Shown here piece after piece: positions 10,733-20,025 of a stretch of DNA of 64,000 nt; within the stretch, counting starts at the first letter, position 1; the number at the start of each line of letters is the position of its first letter. The DNA is taken from positions 1,984,001-2,048,000 of the forward strand of contig CBDCYI010000005.1 in assembly GCA_965224085.1 (NCBI GenBank), in the 5' to 3' direction. Origin of the DNA: Candidatus Marinacidobacterales bacterium. GTDB lineage: Bacteria > Acidobacteriota > Vicinamibacteria > Marinacidobacterales > SMYC01. The notes beneath the pieces are model-generated. The model was not told where the DNA came from and made no database searches. It saw nothing but the letters and a program-made list of their open reading frames with translations. The translations under genes and the position numbers were made by a program.

Positions 10733-11665
10733 ATGACCGACGGCCCGAAGCTCAGCAACTGGGGTCGCTGGGGCGACGACGACGAGTTGGGCACTGCGAA
10801 CTTCCTGACACCCGAAGCCATCGTTCGTGCCAGCCGTCTGGTCAAGAAAGGCCGCGTTTTCAGTTGCGCCATTCCTCTCGACGATCGCGGTCCCGTTTAC
10901 CCCGGCCGGTTGCCGCCGAAACACGTGATGACGTTGTCGGGAGCCGATTACGCGGCGGGACAACGAGGGTTCGGCGACTACCCGGAGGGCGGGATGAAAT
11001 TCGCCGATGATTATATCTTTGCCGCCCTTCAATGCTCGACGCAGTGGGACGCTCTTTCCCACGCCTGGTATGGGGAGCAGCTCTTCAACGGGTTCAGCCA
11101 GAGCTACGTTCGCGGGAGCACCGGGGCCCGTCGCCTGGGTATCGAGAAGCTCTACCGGCACTTTGTGGGCCGGGGTGTGCTCCTCGATCTCCCCCGGGCG
11201 GTGAACGACGGAGAGCGACTGAAGCCGGGCTACGCCGTGCCCGCGACCGATCTCGACAAGGCGCTGGCACTCGCGAACACGGAGGTTCAGACGGGTGACA
11301 TCCTGCTGGTGCGCACCGGGCACCTGCCCTGGTTCTACGAGCTGAAAGACAAAAGCGAGTTCTGGGACGGTGCCCCGGGTCTCGGCGAAAGCACCGTTTT
11401 GTGGCTGCACGAGCGTCAGGTCTCGGCGGTTGCGGCAGACAACATCACCGTCGAAGTCCAGCCGGCCGAAAGAGCGGGCGCAAGCCTACCGCTGCACGGA
11501 ACGTTGATTCGGGATCTCGGCCTCACGCTGGGAGAGATGTTCCACCTGGAGGAGCTGGCCGAGGATTGCGCCGTCGACGGTGTCTACCAGTTCTTCTTCG
11601 TCGGCCAGCCGCTTCGAATCACCGGAGCCGTGGGCTCACCCATCAACCCGCTCGCCATCAAGTAG
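10733..11665 (+). CDS. Cyclase-family (kynurenine formamidase-like) protein
   Basis: NWGRWGDDDELGTANFLT, STQWDALSH, GRGVLLD, GAVGSPINPLAI. Confidence 0.9.
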   Translation: MTDGPKLSNWGRWGDDDELGTANFLTPEAIVRASRLVKKGRVFSCAIPLDDRGPVYPGRLPPKHVMTLSGADYAAGQRGFGDYPEGGMKFADDYIFAALQCSTQWDALSHAWYGEQLFNGFSQSYVRGSTGARRLGIEKLYRHFVGRGVLLDLPRAVNDGERLKPGYAVPATDLDKALALANTEVQTGDILLVRTGHLPWFYELKDKSEFWDGAPGLGESTVLWLHERQVSAVAADNITVEVQPAERAGASLPLHGTLIRDLGLTLGEMFHLEELAEDCAVDGVYQFFFVGQPLRITGAVGSPINPLAIK

Positions 11666-11675
11666 AGGCCAATCG

Positions 11676-12524
11676 GTGCTGCGACACTCGTTCGTTCTTC
11701 TTGTCACCGCTACGCTGCTCCCGCTTTCTTGCCGCGGCGGTGGCGGTGGAGGGGAGGCACCGTCGCTGCTCGACGAAATCCCCAGACGCGGCGTGATGCG
11801 AGTGGGTGTCGAGTGTGTCTACAAGGGTACCTGCTTCGTGGACCCCGAGACGGGCGAGGCGGTGGGGTACTCGGTCGAGCTGACGAACCTCATGGCCCGG
11901 GACCTCGGCGTTACGGTGGAGTGGGTCGATCTCGAGTGGACCGCACTCATCCCCGCGATCACGACCGGCAATGTGGACATCGTTACCCAGGGGATGACCA
12001 ACACCCCCGAACGGGCCAAGGTCGTCGAGATGACGAGGCCGATGGACTACTATCCCGGCGTTCTGATCCTGCCTGCCGATAGCCCCTTGCACGACCAGGC
12101 AACTCTCGACGAGTTACTCGCAGTCCTGAACACTCCCGAGCGAACGGTCTCTTTCCTGCTCGGCGGCTCACAGGAGAGCACGGCGAACGCTCTCTTTCCG
12201 GAAGCAACCCATCGGGCACTGGACGTTGCGGCTGCGTACATGGAGCTCGTGAGCGGACGCGCCGACGCCATGATTGCGGACGCTTCTGACGCCTGGGACA
12301 TGACCCGCGAGAATCCCGCAGGCAAGATCTGGCGCGATCAGATCGTCTACTCCCTCTATGGCTGTATGGTGATCCGGGCCGGCGATCAGCGATTTTTGAA
12401 CTGGCTCGACAACTGGATCGACTACTACACGTCCAACCAGACGCTCTGGAACGTGAAGCTGAAATGGAATCGAGAGCGCGGCGTCCCCGACTGGATGCAA
12501 GTACTGCCGCCGTCTCTCGATTGA
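11676..12524 (+). CDS. Polar amino acid ABC transporter substrate-binding lipoprotein
   Basis: Lipobox-like LPLSC; SBP_bac_3 features (WTALIPAITTGNVD, TPERAK). Confidence 0.88.
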   Translation: MLRHSFVLLVTATLLPLSCRGGGGGGEAPSLLDEIPRRGVMRVGVECVYKGTCFVDPETGEAVGYSVELTNLMARDLGVTVEWVDLEWTALIPAITTGNVDIVTQGMTNTPERAKVVEMTRPMDYYPGVLILPADSPLHDQATLDELLAVLNTPERTVSFLLGGSQESTANALFPEATHRALDVAAAYMELVSGRADAMIADASDAWDMTRENPAGKIWRDQIVYSLYGCMVIRAGDQRFLNWLDNWIDYYTSNQTLWNVKLKWNRERGVPDWMQVLPPSLD

Positions 12525-12548
12525 GAGCCGGCGAGGCGTTGGTTCCCT

Positions 12549-13316
12549 ATGCCCGATGAGATTCTGCGGCTGGTCAACCTGCGAAAATCGTTCGGTGAGA
12601 TCGAGATCCTGCGCGGCATCGACCTCCAAGTGCGCCGAGGCGAGACTGTCGTTGTCATCGGGCCGAGTGGAAAAGGGAAGAGCACCCTACTGAAGTGCGT
12701 CAATCTGATCACCGTCCCGGACTCCGGGCAGGTGTTTTTCATGGGCCAGGAATACGCCGAGAGCGTGCGGAAGAAGGGGCTAGGGCTGAGGGCGAACCCC
12801 GAGCTTCGTTTTCTGAGGACCCACATCGGACTCGTCTTCCAGCAGTTCAATCTCTTTCCGCACTTGAGCGTCCTCGCCAACGTCATGCTCGCGCCGGTGC
12901 GCGTACTCGGCATGTCGAAGGACGAAGCGCGAGACAAGAGCCTCAAAACGCTCGAGAGAATGGGCCTCACCGGAAAAGTGGATGCGGTTCCTTCGAAGCT
13001 CTCGGGCGGCGAGCAGCAGCGGGTCGCGATAGCCCGTGCGCTCATCATGGAGCCCGAGCTCATGCTGTTCGACGAAATCACGTCGGCCCTCGACCCGGAG
13101 CTGGTGGGAGACGTCGTGAGGGACATGAAGCAGCTGGCTGAAGACGGCATGACGATGATCGTCGTCACTCATCAGATGAGCTTCGCCCGGGAATGTGGCG
13201 ACCGCATCCTTTTTCTCGACGAAGGCGTGATCGTCGAAGAGGGAAGTCCGGAATCGATGCTCTCCCATCCCGAGGAGGAACGGACGCAAGCATTCCTGCG
13301 ACGAATTCGCGTTTGA
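12549..13316 (+). CDS. Amino acid ABC transporter ATP-binding protein
   Basis: [36 protein letters not shown]. Confidence 0.95.
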   Translation: MPDEILRLVNLRKSFGEIEILRGIDLQVRRGETVVVIGPSGKGKSTLLKCVNLITVPDSGQVFFMGQEYAESVRKKGLGLRANPELRFLRTHIGLVFQQFNLFPHLSVLANVMLAPVRVLGMSKDEARDKSLKTLERMGLTGKVDAVPSKLSGGEQQRVAIARALIMEPELMLFDEITSALDPELVGDVVRDMKQLAEDGMTMIVVTHQMSFARECGDRILFLDEGVIVEEGSPESMLSHPEEERTQAFLRRIRV

Positions 13317-14000
13317 GTGACTGGTATGAACCTCGACTTCGGTCCTGTTCTAAAGAGCGCACCATTCCTCTTGCAGGGCCTCGGGATGACCCTCTTCGTC
13401 ACCGTCGTCGCGATGACCGTCGCGCTCCTGCTCGGTCTACCCATCGCTCTCATGCGGCTGTCCGCCATCCCAACGCTGAAACTAGTCTCCGCCGTCTATG
13501 TGGATTTCTTCCGTGGGCTTCCCCAGCTGGTCTTCCTTATGTGGATGTACTTCGGTGTCGTCGTCGCCTTCGGACTGAAGCTTTCTCCCCTGCAGGCGGC
13601 GATCGCCTGCTTGGCCATTCAGGAGGCCGCCCATCTGGCAGAGATCTACCGGTCGGGAATCGAAGCCATCCCTCGAGAGCAGACCGAGGCTGCCCTGTCC
13701 CTGGGACTCACCCCACTTCAAGCGTTCAAGGATGTGGTGTTCGCGCAGGCCCTTCGGATCGTCACGCCTACGATCGGAAACGACTTCATTGGAATGCTCA
13801 AGGGCTCGGCGCTGGTCTCGATACTCGGTGTGTACGAGCTCATGAGGGCGGCGCAGGCCCGGGGAAACTACTTTTTCCGTCCCTTCGAGTTCCTGACGAC
13901 CGCGGCCGTGATCTACGTCGTCATCGCGCTCGGACTGGGAGCGGTCGTCTCGAGGCTCGAGACCCGTCTTGCGAAAACGTCGGTGTCGGAGGCCTCGTAG
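13317..14000 (+). CDS. Amino acid ABC transporter permease
   Basis: FFRGLP, AEIYRSGI, EAALSLG (HisM/GlnP type). Confidence 0.93.
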   Translation: MTGMNLDFGPVLKSAPFLLQGLGMTLFVTVVAMTVALLLGLPIALMRLSAIPTLKLVSAVYVDFFRGLPQLVFLMWMYFGVVVAFGLKLSPLQAAIACLAIQEAAHLAEIYRSGIEAIPREQTEAALSLGLTPLQAFKDVVFAQALRIVTPTIGNDFIGMLKGSALVSILGVYELMRAAQARGNYFFRPFEFLTTAAVIYVVIALGLGAVVSRLETRLAKTSVSEAS

Positions 14001-14006
14001 GACGGC

Positions 14007-14660
14007 ATGTACCGCTTCAACTTCGCCCCCGTCCTCGAGCAGTCCGATCTGATCCTGAAAGCGATGGGGATGACGCTTCTCATCACCGCGGTATCGATGG
14101 TGCTCGCGGGCATCCTCGGGCTCCTGGTGGCGGTCTGCCGGCTCTCGCAATCCCGCGTTCTGGCCACACTGGCTCGCGGCTACGTGCAGCTGTTCCGTGG
14201 GATTCCTCTCTACGTCTACATCATCTGGCTGTATTACGGCCTGGCGCTTCTGCTCGGCATCACTTTCTCACCGTTCCAGGCAGGCGTGATTTGTCTTTCG
14301 ACGCTCTATGGCGCGTACCTGGCGGAAGTCGACCGGGGGGCGCTCGCCTCGATTCCGAAAGAGCAGAAGGAGGCGGCACTGGCTCTCGGACTGACGCCCT
14401 CGCAGACCTTCTGGAGCGTCGTTGTTCCGCAGGCGGTTCGGAGAGCGCTTCCGCCGACCACCAATCTGTTTGCGGTGATGCTCATGGACTCATCGCTCGT
14501 CTCGGTGATCGGAGTCATGGATTTGATGCGCCTCGTCCGCATCGGCGCCAGCGAGTCCTTTCGTGCGCTCGAGTTCTACACCACAGGCGGCGTTATCTAC
14601 GTCGGCCTGGTCCTGGTCATCACTCGACTCTCTCGGCTGCTGGAGAGGCGGTTTCGCTAA
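14007..14660 (+). CDS. Amino acid ABC transporter permease
   Basis: LFRGIP, EAALALG, PQAVRRALP. Confidence 0.93.
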   Translation: MYRFNFAPVLEQSDLILKAMGMTLLITAVSMVLAGILGLLVAVCRLSQSRVLATLARGYVQLFRGIPLYVYIIWLYYGLALLLGITFSPFQAGVICLSTLYGAYLAEVDRGALASIPKEQKEAALALGLTPSQTFWSVVVPQAVRRALPPTTNLFAVMLMDSSLVSVIGVMDLMRLVRIGASESFRALEFYTTGGVIYVGLVLVITRLSRLLERRFR

Positions 14661-14675
14661 GGAGGAGATAAGAAC

Positions 14676-15428
14676 ATGATGGAACGAACCGTGTTGGACG
14701 CGATTCGCGAAAGAGGTGTGCTTCGCATCGCTGTCGAGTTCAATCCCCCGCCGGAGGAGGGAGGATTTCCTCCCGAGTTCTACATTGATCCCAAGACCGG
14801 AAAGCCATGGGGCATCGCGCCGATCATCGGCGGACTGATTGCCGAAGACCTCGGTGTCGAGCTCGAGTGCGTGGACCTTCCGTGGCCCGAGCACATCCCG
14901 GCTCTGCTTTCGGGGAAGGTCGACCTGCTTCCCAAGCATACGAACACGCCACAGCGGGCCCTCGAGGTCGAGTTCGCCACCGGGCGTCTGACCGCTTACA
15001 GAGTGACGGCGCTCATCCCCGCCGACAGCGAGATCACCGACAAGCGCGAGCTCAATCAAAAAGGCAAGGTCGCAACGGTGTGGCACGGCTCTTCTATCCG
15101 GGATATCATCCTGAAAGAGTTCCCGAAGGCCACGATGAGGGAGCTCAAAAAGCCTTCCGAGGAAGTCGAGCAAGGACGCGCCGACGCCTGTCTAACCGAT
15201 TCGGTGACGAAAATCTTCATGGAGAAGCATCCCGGTCTGAAGTTTCTGAGGGACGAGGAGGGAAAGCTCGTCATCTTCTCGCGCGAAGTCGTGCATCCTT
15301 CCATAAAGCCGGGTGACGCCCGTTTCCTCAACTGGCTGAACAACTGGCTGGAGTACCATCACGCACAGGGTACTCTCGGCTACTGGTGCGATGAATGGTG
15401 GGAGTCCTGGATGGCCGACAACGAGTAG
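14676..15428 (+). CDS. SBP_bac_3-fold protein without signal peptide
   Basis: Strong RBS AAGGAGGA; LDAIRERGVLRIA, IPALLSGKVD, NTPQRA, FLNWLNNW; no N-terminal hydrophobic segment. Confidence 0.85.
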   Translation: MMERTVLDAIRERGVLRIAVEFNPPPEEGGFPPEFYIDPKTGKPWGIAPIIGGLIAEDLGVELECVDLPWPEHIPALLSGKVDLLPKHTNTPQRALEVEFATGRLTAYRVTALIPADSEITDKRELNQKGKVATVWHGSSIRDIILKEFPKATMRELKKPSEEVEQGRADACLTDSVTKIFMEKHPGLKFLRDEEGKLVIFSREVVHPSIKPGDARFLNWLNNWLEYHHAQGTLGYWCDEWWESWMADNE

Positions 15429-15466
15429 GCAGTCGAAGCAGAGCTCGCACGAGGGCACTTGGTGCC

Positions 15467-15560
15467 AACGAATTCAATGGAGTACGTTTCTGAAAGCACA
15501 CTGGGGAGCCATCGCCGCGACGGACTTGTTCACCGTCGAAGTGTTGACAAGGTCCGGACC
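15467..15560 (+). mobile_element. Internal fragment of integrase-core (rve) transposase
   Basis: QWSTFLKAHWGAIAATDLFTVEVLT matches the WxTFL.AH...IAA.DFFTV motif. Confidence 0.7.
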
Positions 15561-15589
15561 GGTGCCAGGCTTCTCATCGGAAGGCCTCC

Positions 15590-17746
15590 TTACGGAGTGG
15601 TGGGCGTAACGACGCTCACCGTCGTGCCCGAAAGAGCGAAAACAAAAATAGCGTTGATTCCACGGGTCGGCTTGATCTCGGTATGGACGGAGAGAACACG
15701 CCGTTCCGGCACGGCGGTCGCGCCACCGACGGGCACCGCGACGTATTGACGGCCATCGACCCCGTAGCTCACCGGATGCGCGGAGACGGGCGCACTCAGA
15801 ATCGTCTCCCAGAGCACCTCGCCGGTTCGATCGTCGAACGCCTTGAAGCGTCGATTGACGTCGCCTCCGAAAACGAGGCCTCCGGCAGTGGCCACCAGGC
15901 CGCTGATCATTCCCGCACGCTGTTGATGGAGCCAGGCCGTCTTCCCCGTCTCGATGGAGACGGCGTCGACACGCCCGACCGGATAGGGCTCCTGCCGGAT
16001 CGAAGGGTCCTCCACGAAGAAGACCGTCGAAGCGTAGCCGTCCTCGGGACGGGCGGACTCCGTGCTTCCGGTGTGGAGCATGCAGAGGTTCTGCTGCGGC
16101 TGGTACATCAAACCGGTGAGCGGGCTGTAAGCTCCCGCCGGCCAGTTCTTGCCTCCCGAACGGGCGGGGCAGACGAGAATCTCCTCGTACGCATCCACCA
16201 CCAGCTCCTCGTTGATGTGGACTCTTCCACTCTCCAGATCGATCTTCGTCACGAGGTTCTGATAGAGGGTCTCCTTTGCCCACAGGAACTCGCCGGTCTC
16301 TCGGTCGAGGGTGTAGACGATACCCGTCTTACCCGGAATGCCAGTGACCACTTTTCGCGTCTCGCCACGTTCGGCGCGAGGGCTGATCCATTCCACCGAG
16401 TCCGGGTCCGGCGCCACCCGCGTCTCGACCAGGTAGCGCTCGAAGACATGATCGAGATCCCAGTTGTCGCGGGGCAGGTGCTGGTAGTACCAGACGATCT
16501 CCCCGGTATCGGCATCGAGAGCGAGCGTACAGTTCGAGTAGAGGACGTCCCCTCCCGGCGTTCCCCGAACGCGTTCCAGAGAGGGCGCGGGCACGGATGT
16601 TCCCCAGAAGATCAGGTTCAGCTCCGGATCGTAGCTTCCCACGCTCCAGGCCCCGACGTGGCGCCGCTCCTCGTACGGAAGCTCGCCCCAGCTGTCGCCG
16701 CCTGGCTCGTCCGGGCGAGGGATCAGTCGTGTGCGCCAGAACTCCGATCCGTCATCCGGATCGTAGGCGGCGATATAGCAGACGTCCGGGCCCTCGACCG
16801 GCGAGCAGGAGCGGCCGTTGACGATCTTGCCGTTTGCGACGATAGGTCCGGAAGAGAAGTTGCCCTCGACCGGAACCTCCCAGACGAGCTCGCCGGTGCG
16901 GGCATCGAGCGCAATCAGATACGGCTCGCCCTTCGTGAAGTGGAAGATTTTGTCCTGGTAGATCGCGATGTTCCGCACGCGCGTCTTGCCGGCGGTGATG
17001 GGACCGCGGCGGTACTCCCAGATGAGGTCGCCGTTGCGCGCATGAAGCGCCTGGATCACGTCCCCCGGATTCGCCAGGTACATGACCCCGTCGTGCACGA
17101 GAGGCGTCGTTTCCTGCTCGCCCGGCTCCATGGCGCGCGACCAGGCGAGTTGCAGCCGCGAGACGTTCTCCCGGTCGATCTGGCCGAGGGGGCTGTAGGC
17201 CCAGGCGTCATACGTTCGGCGATACATCAGCCAGTCACCGGGCGGAGGGCTCTCGAGCACCTCCGAGCTCACCGGAGTGAACTCCTCGACCGTCCGTTGA
17301 GCGAGCGGTTGCAGCTCGATGTCCCTCACGTCGGGATAGCTGAGCGAGCGTACGAACGCCACCAGCGCGACCAGGTCGTCGCTGCGGATGTGGGGGTGGG
17401 CAGGCATCTCGAAGCCGCCGTAGCGCACGAAGTTGGCGAGGTCCATATCGGAGAGGTAATTCATCATTCGAGGATCGGTCTGGTCTTTCGGCTTCGCGGT
17501 CAGATCGCGCGACAGGGGCCCTTCACCGCGCCCGCCGTCCCCGTGGCAGGAAGCGCAGTCCTTCCGGTAGAGCTCGGCACCCTGCTCGAGCGTCGCGGGG
17601 GTCAGGACCAACGACGCGACCGCGGGCGCAATCCCTTCTCGCGGTGGCGGGTAGACAGGAATGTCTTCGTGTTCCCTGTCGTCTTCACAGGCAAACAGTC
17701 CGACGACAAGAAGGCAAGCGGCCAATCGATGATCGAACCGCATCAT
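15590..17746 (-). CDS. Lipoprotein quinohemoprotein: N-terminal cytochrome c plus PQQ-dependent dehydrogenase
   Basis: Lipobox GLFAC, CASCH, WLMYRRTY..YSPL.QI, TPLVHDG, DNWDLD, GGKNW, G.QYVAV. Confidence 0.88.
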   Translation of the reverse strand: MMRFDHRLAACLLVVGLFACEDDREHEDIPVYPPPREGIAPAVASLVLTPATLEQGAELYRKDCASCHGDGGRGEGPLSRDLTAKPKDQTDPRMMNYLSDMDLANFVRYGGFEMPAHPHIRSDDLVALVAFVRSLSYPDVRDIELQPLAQRTVEEFTPVSSEVLESPPPGDWLMYRRTYDAWAYSPLGQIDRENVSRLQLAWSRAMEPGEQETTPLVHDGVMYLANPGDVIQALHARNGDLIWEYRRGPITAGKTRVRNIAIYQDKIFHFTKGEPYLIALDARTGELVWEVPVEGNFSSGPIVANGKIVNGRSCSPVEGPDVCYIAAYDPDDGSEFWRTRLIPRPDEPGGDSWGELPYEERRHVGAWSVGSYDPELNLIFWGTSVPAPSLERVRGTPGGDVLYSNCTLALDADTGEIVWYYQHLPRDNWDLDHVFERYLVETRVAPDPDSVEWISPRAERGETRKVVTGIPGKTGIVYTLDRETGEFLWAKETLYQNLVTKIDLESGRVHINEELVVDAYEEILVCPARSGGKNWPAGAYSPLTGLMYQPQQNLCMLHTGSTESARPEDGYASTVFFVEDPSIRQEPYPVGRVDAVSIETGKTAWLHQQRAGMISGLVATAGGLVFGGDVNRRFKAFDDRTGEVLWETILSAPVSAHPVSYGVDGRQYVAVPVGGATAVPERRVLSVHTEIKPTRGINAIFVFALSGTTVSVVTPTTP

Positions 17747-19665
17747 TCTCCCTCGTCCGGAAGCGCGAAGGCCACGAGCGTGGCATCTTCGCCGAAGCCG
17801 GTGGCGACGACCACGAACTGCCGGCCACGGCGCGAGCGGTAGGTCATGGGCGTTCCGGTCGTCGGGCGGGGGAGCGCTCCGTGCCACAGCGCCGCTCCGC
17901 TCCGCGCGTCGAACGCGTGAAGCGCCCGATCGCCACCGCCCACGAAAACCAGGCCCCCTTTGGTGACAATCGCACCGGGAGGTCCCGGCGCTCCGAGCTG
18001 CTCCGGCAGCCGAGCATTTCTGAGCGCCGGATGGCGCCGAAGCTCCGGCCAGTCACCGAGCGTCACGCGCCAGGCGATCTCGCCGCGGTTGAGATCGATC
18101 GCCGTCAGATGTGCGTACGGTGGCTTGATGAGCGGAAGACCGTTGGCGAACGAGGCGTTCATGCGTGATACTACCCACTCGGCATCCGTCGGAACCCGCT
18201 CCGGCAGATGGCTCTGCGACGGGACCTCGCCGGCGGGACCGGGCCGTTCGAGGCGTGTGATCCGGAGCGTGTCGGACGTCTTCACGTAGAAGAGGCCCGT
18301 CTCCGGATCAAAAGCTCCACCACCCCAGTTCGCACCGCCGAGTGAGCCAGGTAGCTGAAGCGTGCCCTCGAGGGAAGGCGGCGTGTAGATCGGTCCCCGG
18401 CGGTACTTCTTCAGCTCGGCCCGGGCCGCTGCCTCGAGCTCCGGGGTCAGATCGAAAGCATCCTCGAGGAACACACCCTGTCGGGCAAACGGCGGGGGGC
18501 GCGTCGGAAAAGGCTGGGTGGGCCATGCCTTCTCCCCCGGTACGTCGCTCGAAGGCACCGGCCGCTCCTCGATGGGCCAGACGGGCTCGCCGGTGACGCG
18601 ATCGAACACGAAAGCGAAACCCATCTTGGTGACCTGCACGACCGCATCGATCGTTCGCTCCTCGCCGTGAAGCGTCACGAGGACGGGAGCGGCGGGAGGG
18701 TCGTAGTCCCACAGTCCGTGGTGAACGAGCTGATAGTGCCACTTGCGCTCGCCCGTCATCGCGTCGAGACAAACGAGCGATTCGGCGAAGAGGTTCTTGC
18801 CCGGTCGTTTTCCTCCGTACCAGTCGTTGCTGGGAGTGCTCACCGGGAGATAAAGAAGGCCTCTCTCCTCGTCGAGACTCATGGGCGGCCAGACGTTGGC
18901 GTGCCCGGTGAACTTCCACGAGCCGTCCTCCCATGTCTCGCGGCCGAACTCGCCTTCCCGTGGAACGGTATGGAACGTCCAGACCAGCTCTCCCGTCCGG
19001 GCATGGAAAGCGCGCACGTCGCCGGGCGGGTCGTTGTCGAAGATGAGCCAGTCCGGAATGTGGCTTCCAACGATCACCAGGTCCCGGTAGACCACCGGAG
19101 GCGAGCGGGTCTCGAAGTGCGTCTTCTCCACCGGCCGATCGAACGTCTCGACCAGATCCACGACGCCATCACGGCCGAAGGCTCCCACCGGCTCACCGGT
19201 CACCGCGTCGAGCGAGACCAGCTTGTGTCGGGCGTTGATGAAGATTCTGAGACGTCCCTCGTCTCGCCACGCGGCCACGCCCCGGTGCGCAAAACCGATT
19301 CCAGTGAAGCCGGGACCGAGCCGGTAGGTCTTTGGATCGTAAGTCCAGAGAGACTGACCCGTCTCGGCGTCGAGGGCAACGACGCGGCTGTAGGATGTGC
19401 TCAGATAGAGAACGTTATCGATGAGAATCGGCGTGGCCTCGAACTTGCCCGGTCGGGTCCCGAACGCCTTCTCCGCTCGCTCCCCCGTCTGCCACTCCCA
19501 GGCGATCTCGAGCCGTTCGACATTACCGCGGTGGATCTGCTCGAGCGAAGAATACTTGGTGGCCGCCTGGTCGGCGCCGTAATTGGACCACTCCTGGGCG
19601 ACAGCGCCGGGGCCCACTACGCACGAGATCAGCGAGACGACGAGCGAACGAACAACGTGTTTCAT
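17743..19665 (-). CDS. Secreted PQQ-dependent dehydrogenase (glucose/quinate/shikimate-like)
   Basis: Signal peptide; FEATPI, HHGLWDYD, GGANWGG, PPY, TPMTY..GRQFVVVA. Confidence 0.9.
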   Translation of the reverse strand: MKHVVRSLVVSLISCVVGPGAVAQEWSNYGADQAATKYSSLEQIHRGNVERLEIAWEWQTGERAEKAFGTRPGKFEATPILIDNVLYLSTSYSRVVALDAETGQSLWTYDPKTYRLGPGFTGIGFAHRGVAAWRDEGRLRIFINARHKLVSLDAVTGEPVGAFGRDGVVDLVETFDRPVEKTHFETRSPPVVYRDLVIVGSHIPDWLIFDNDPPGDVRAFHARTGELVWTFHTVPREGEFGRETWEDGSWKFTGHANVWPPMSLDEERGLLYLPVSTPSNDWYGGKRPGKNLFAESLVCLDAMTGERKWHYQLVHHGLWDYDPPAAPVLVTLHGEERTIDAVVQVTKMGFAFVFDRVTGEPVWPIEERPVPSSDVPGEKAWPTQPFPTRPPPFARQGVFLEDAFDLTPELEAAARAELKKYRRGPIYTPPSLEGTLQLPGSLGGANWGGGAFDPETGLFYVKTSDTLRITRLERPGPAGEVPSQSHLPERVPTDAEWVVSRMNASFANGLPLIKPPYAHLTAIDLNRGEIAWRVTLGDWPELRRHPALRNARLPEQLGAPGPPGAIVTKGGLVFVGGGDRALHAFDARSGAALWHGALPRPTTGTPMTYRSRRGRQFVVVATGFGEDATLVAFALPDEGE

Positions 19666-19973
19666 ACCGTTTCCGCGGGAGAGATGTTGGCGGCCGTCGA
19701 GCCCTTGGTTTTCGACCTCGTCAGAACGAACATGAACTCGTAGACTCGATCCCTCGCCAGCTCCTGCGTCACCAGGTTCTCGAGAATGTAGATCCCGTTC
19801 TGGGTAAGAAGCATCTGGTGGACCGGGTCCGACTCCTCCGAGTCCTCACTCGGCAGGACTTCGAACCCGTTGTTGGCCGCCCCCGCCATAGCGACTCTCC
19901 GGTCGATGAGCCACTGGGCCGCTTCTTTGCCGATCCCGGGCTCACTCGCGCGAAACCGTTGATTGTCTTTCAT
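19662..19973 (-). pseudogene. Cyclase-family C-terminal fragment
   Basis: EPGIG..AAQWL, PVHQMLL..NGIYILENL, YEFMFV; N-terminal two-thirds absent. Confidence 0.7.
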
Positions 19974-20025
19974 TCTACCTCTCGAGAGATGCCGGTGATG
20001 AAAGCCGCCTCGGTGCCGTGGACTT

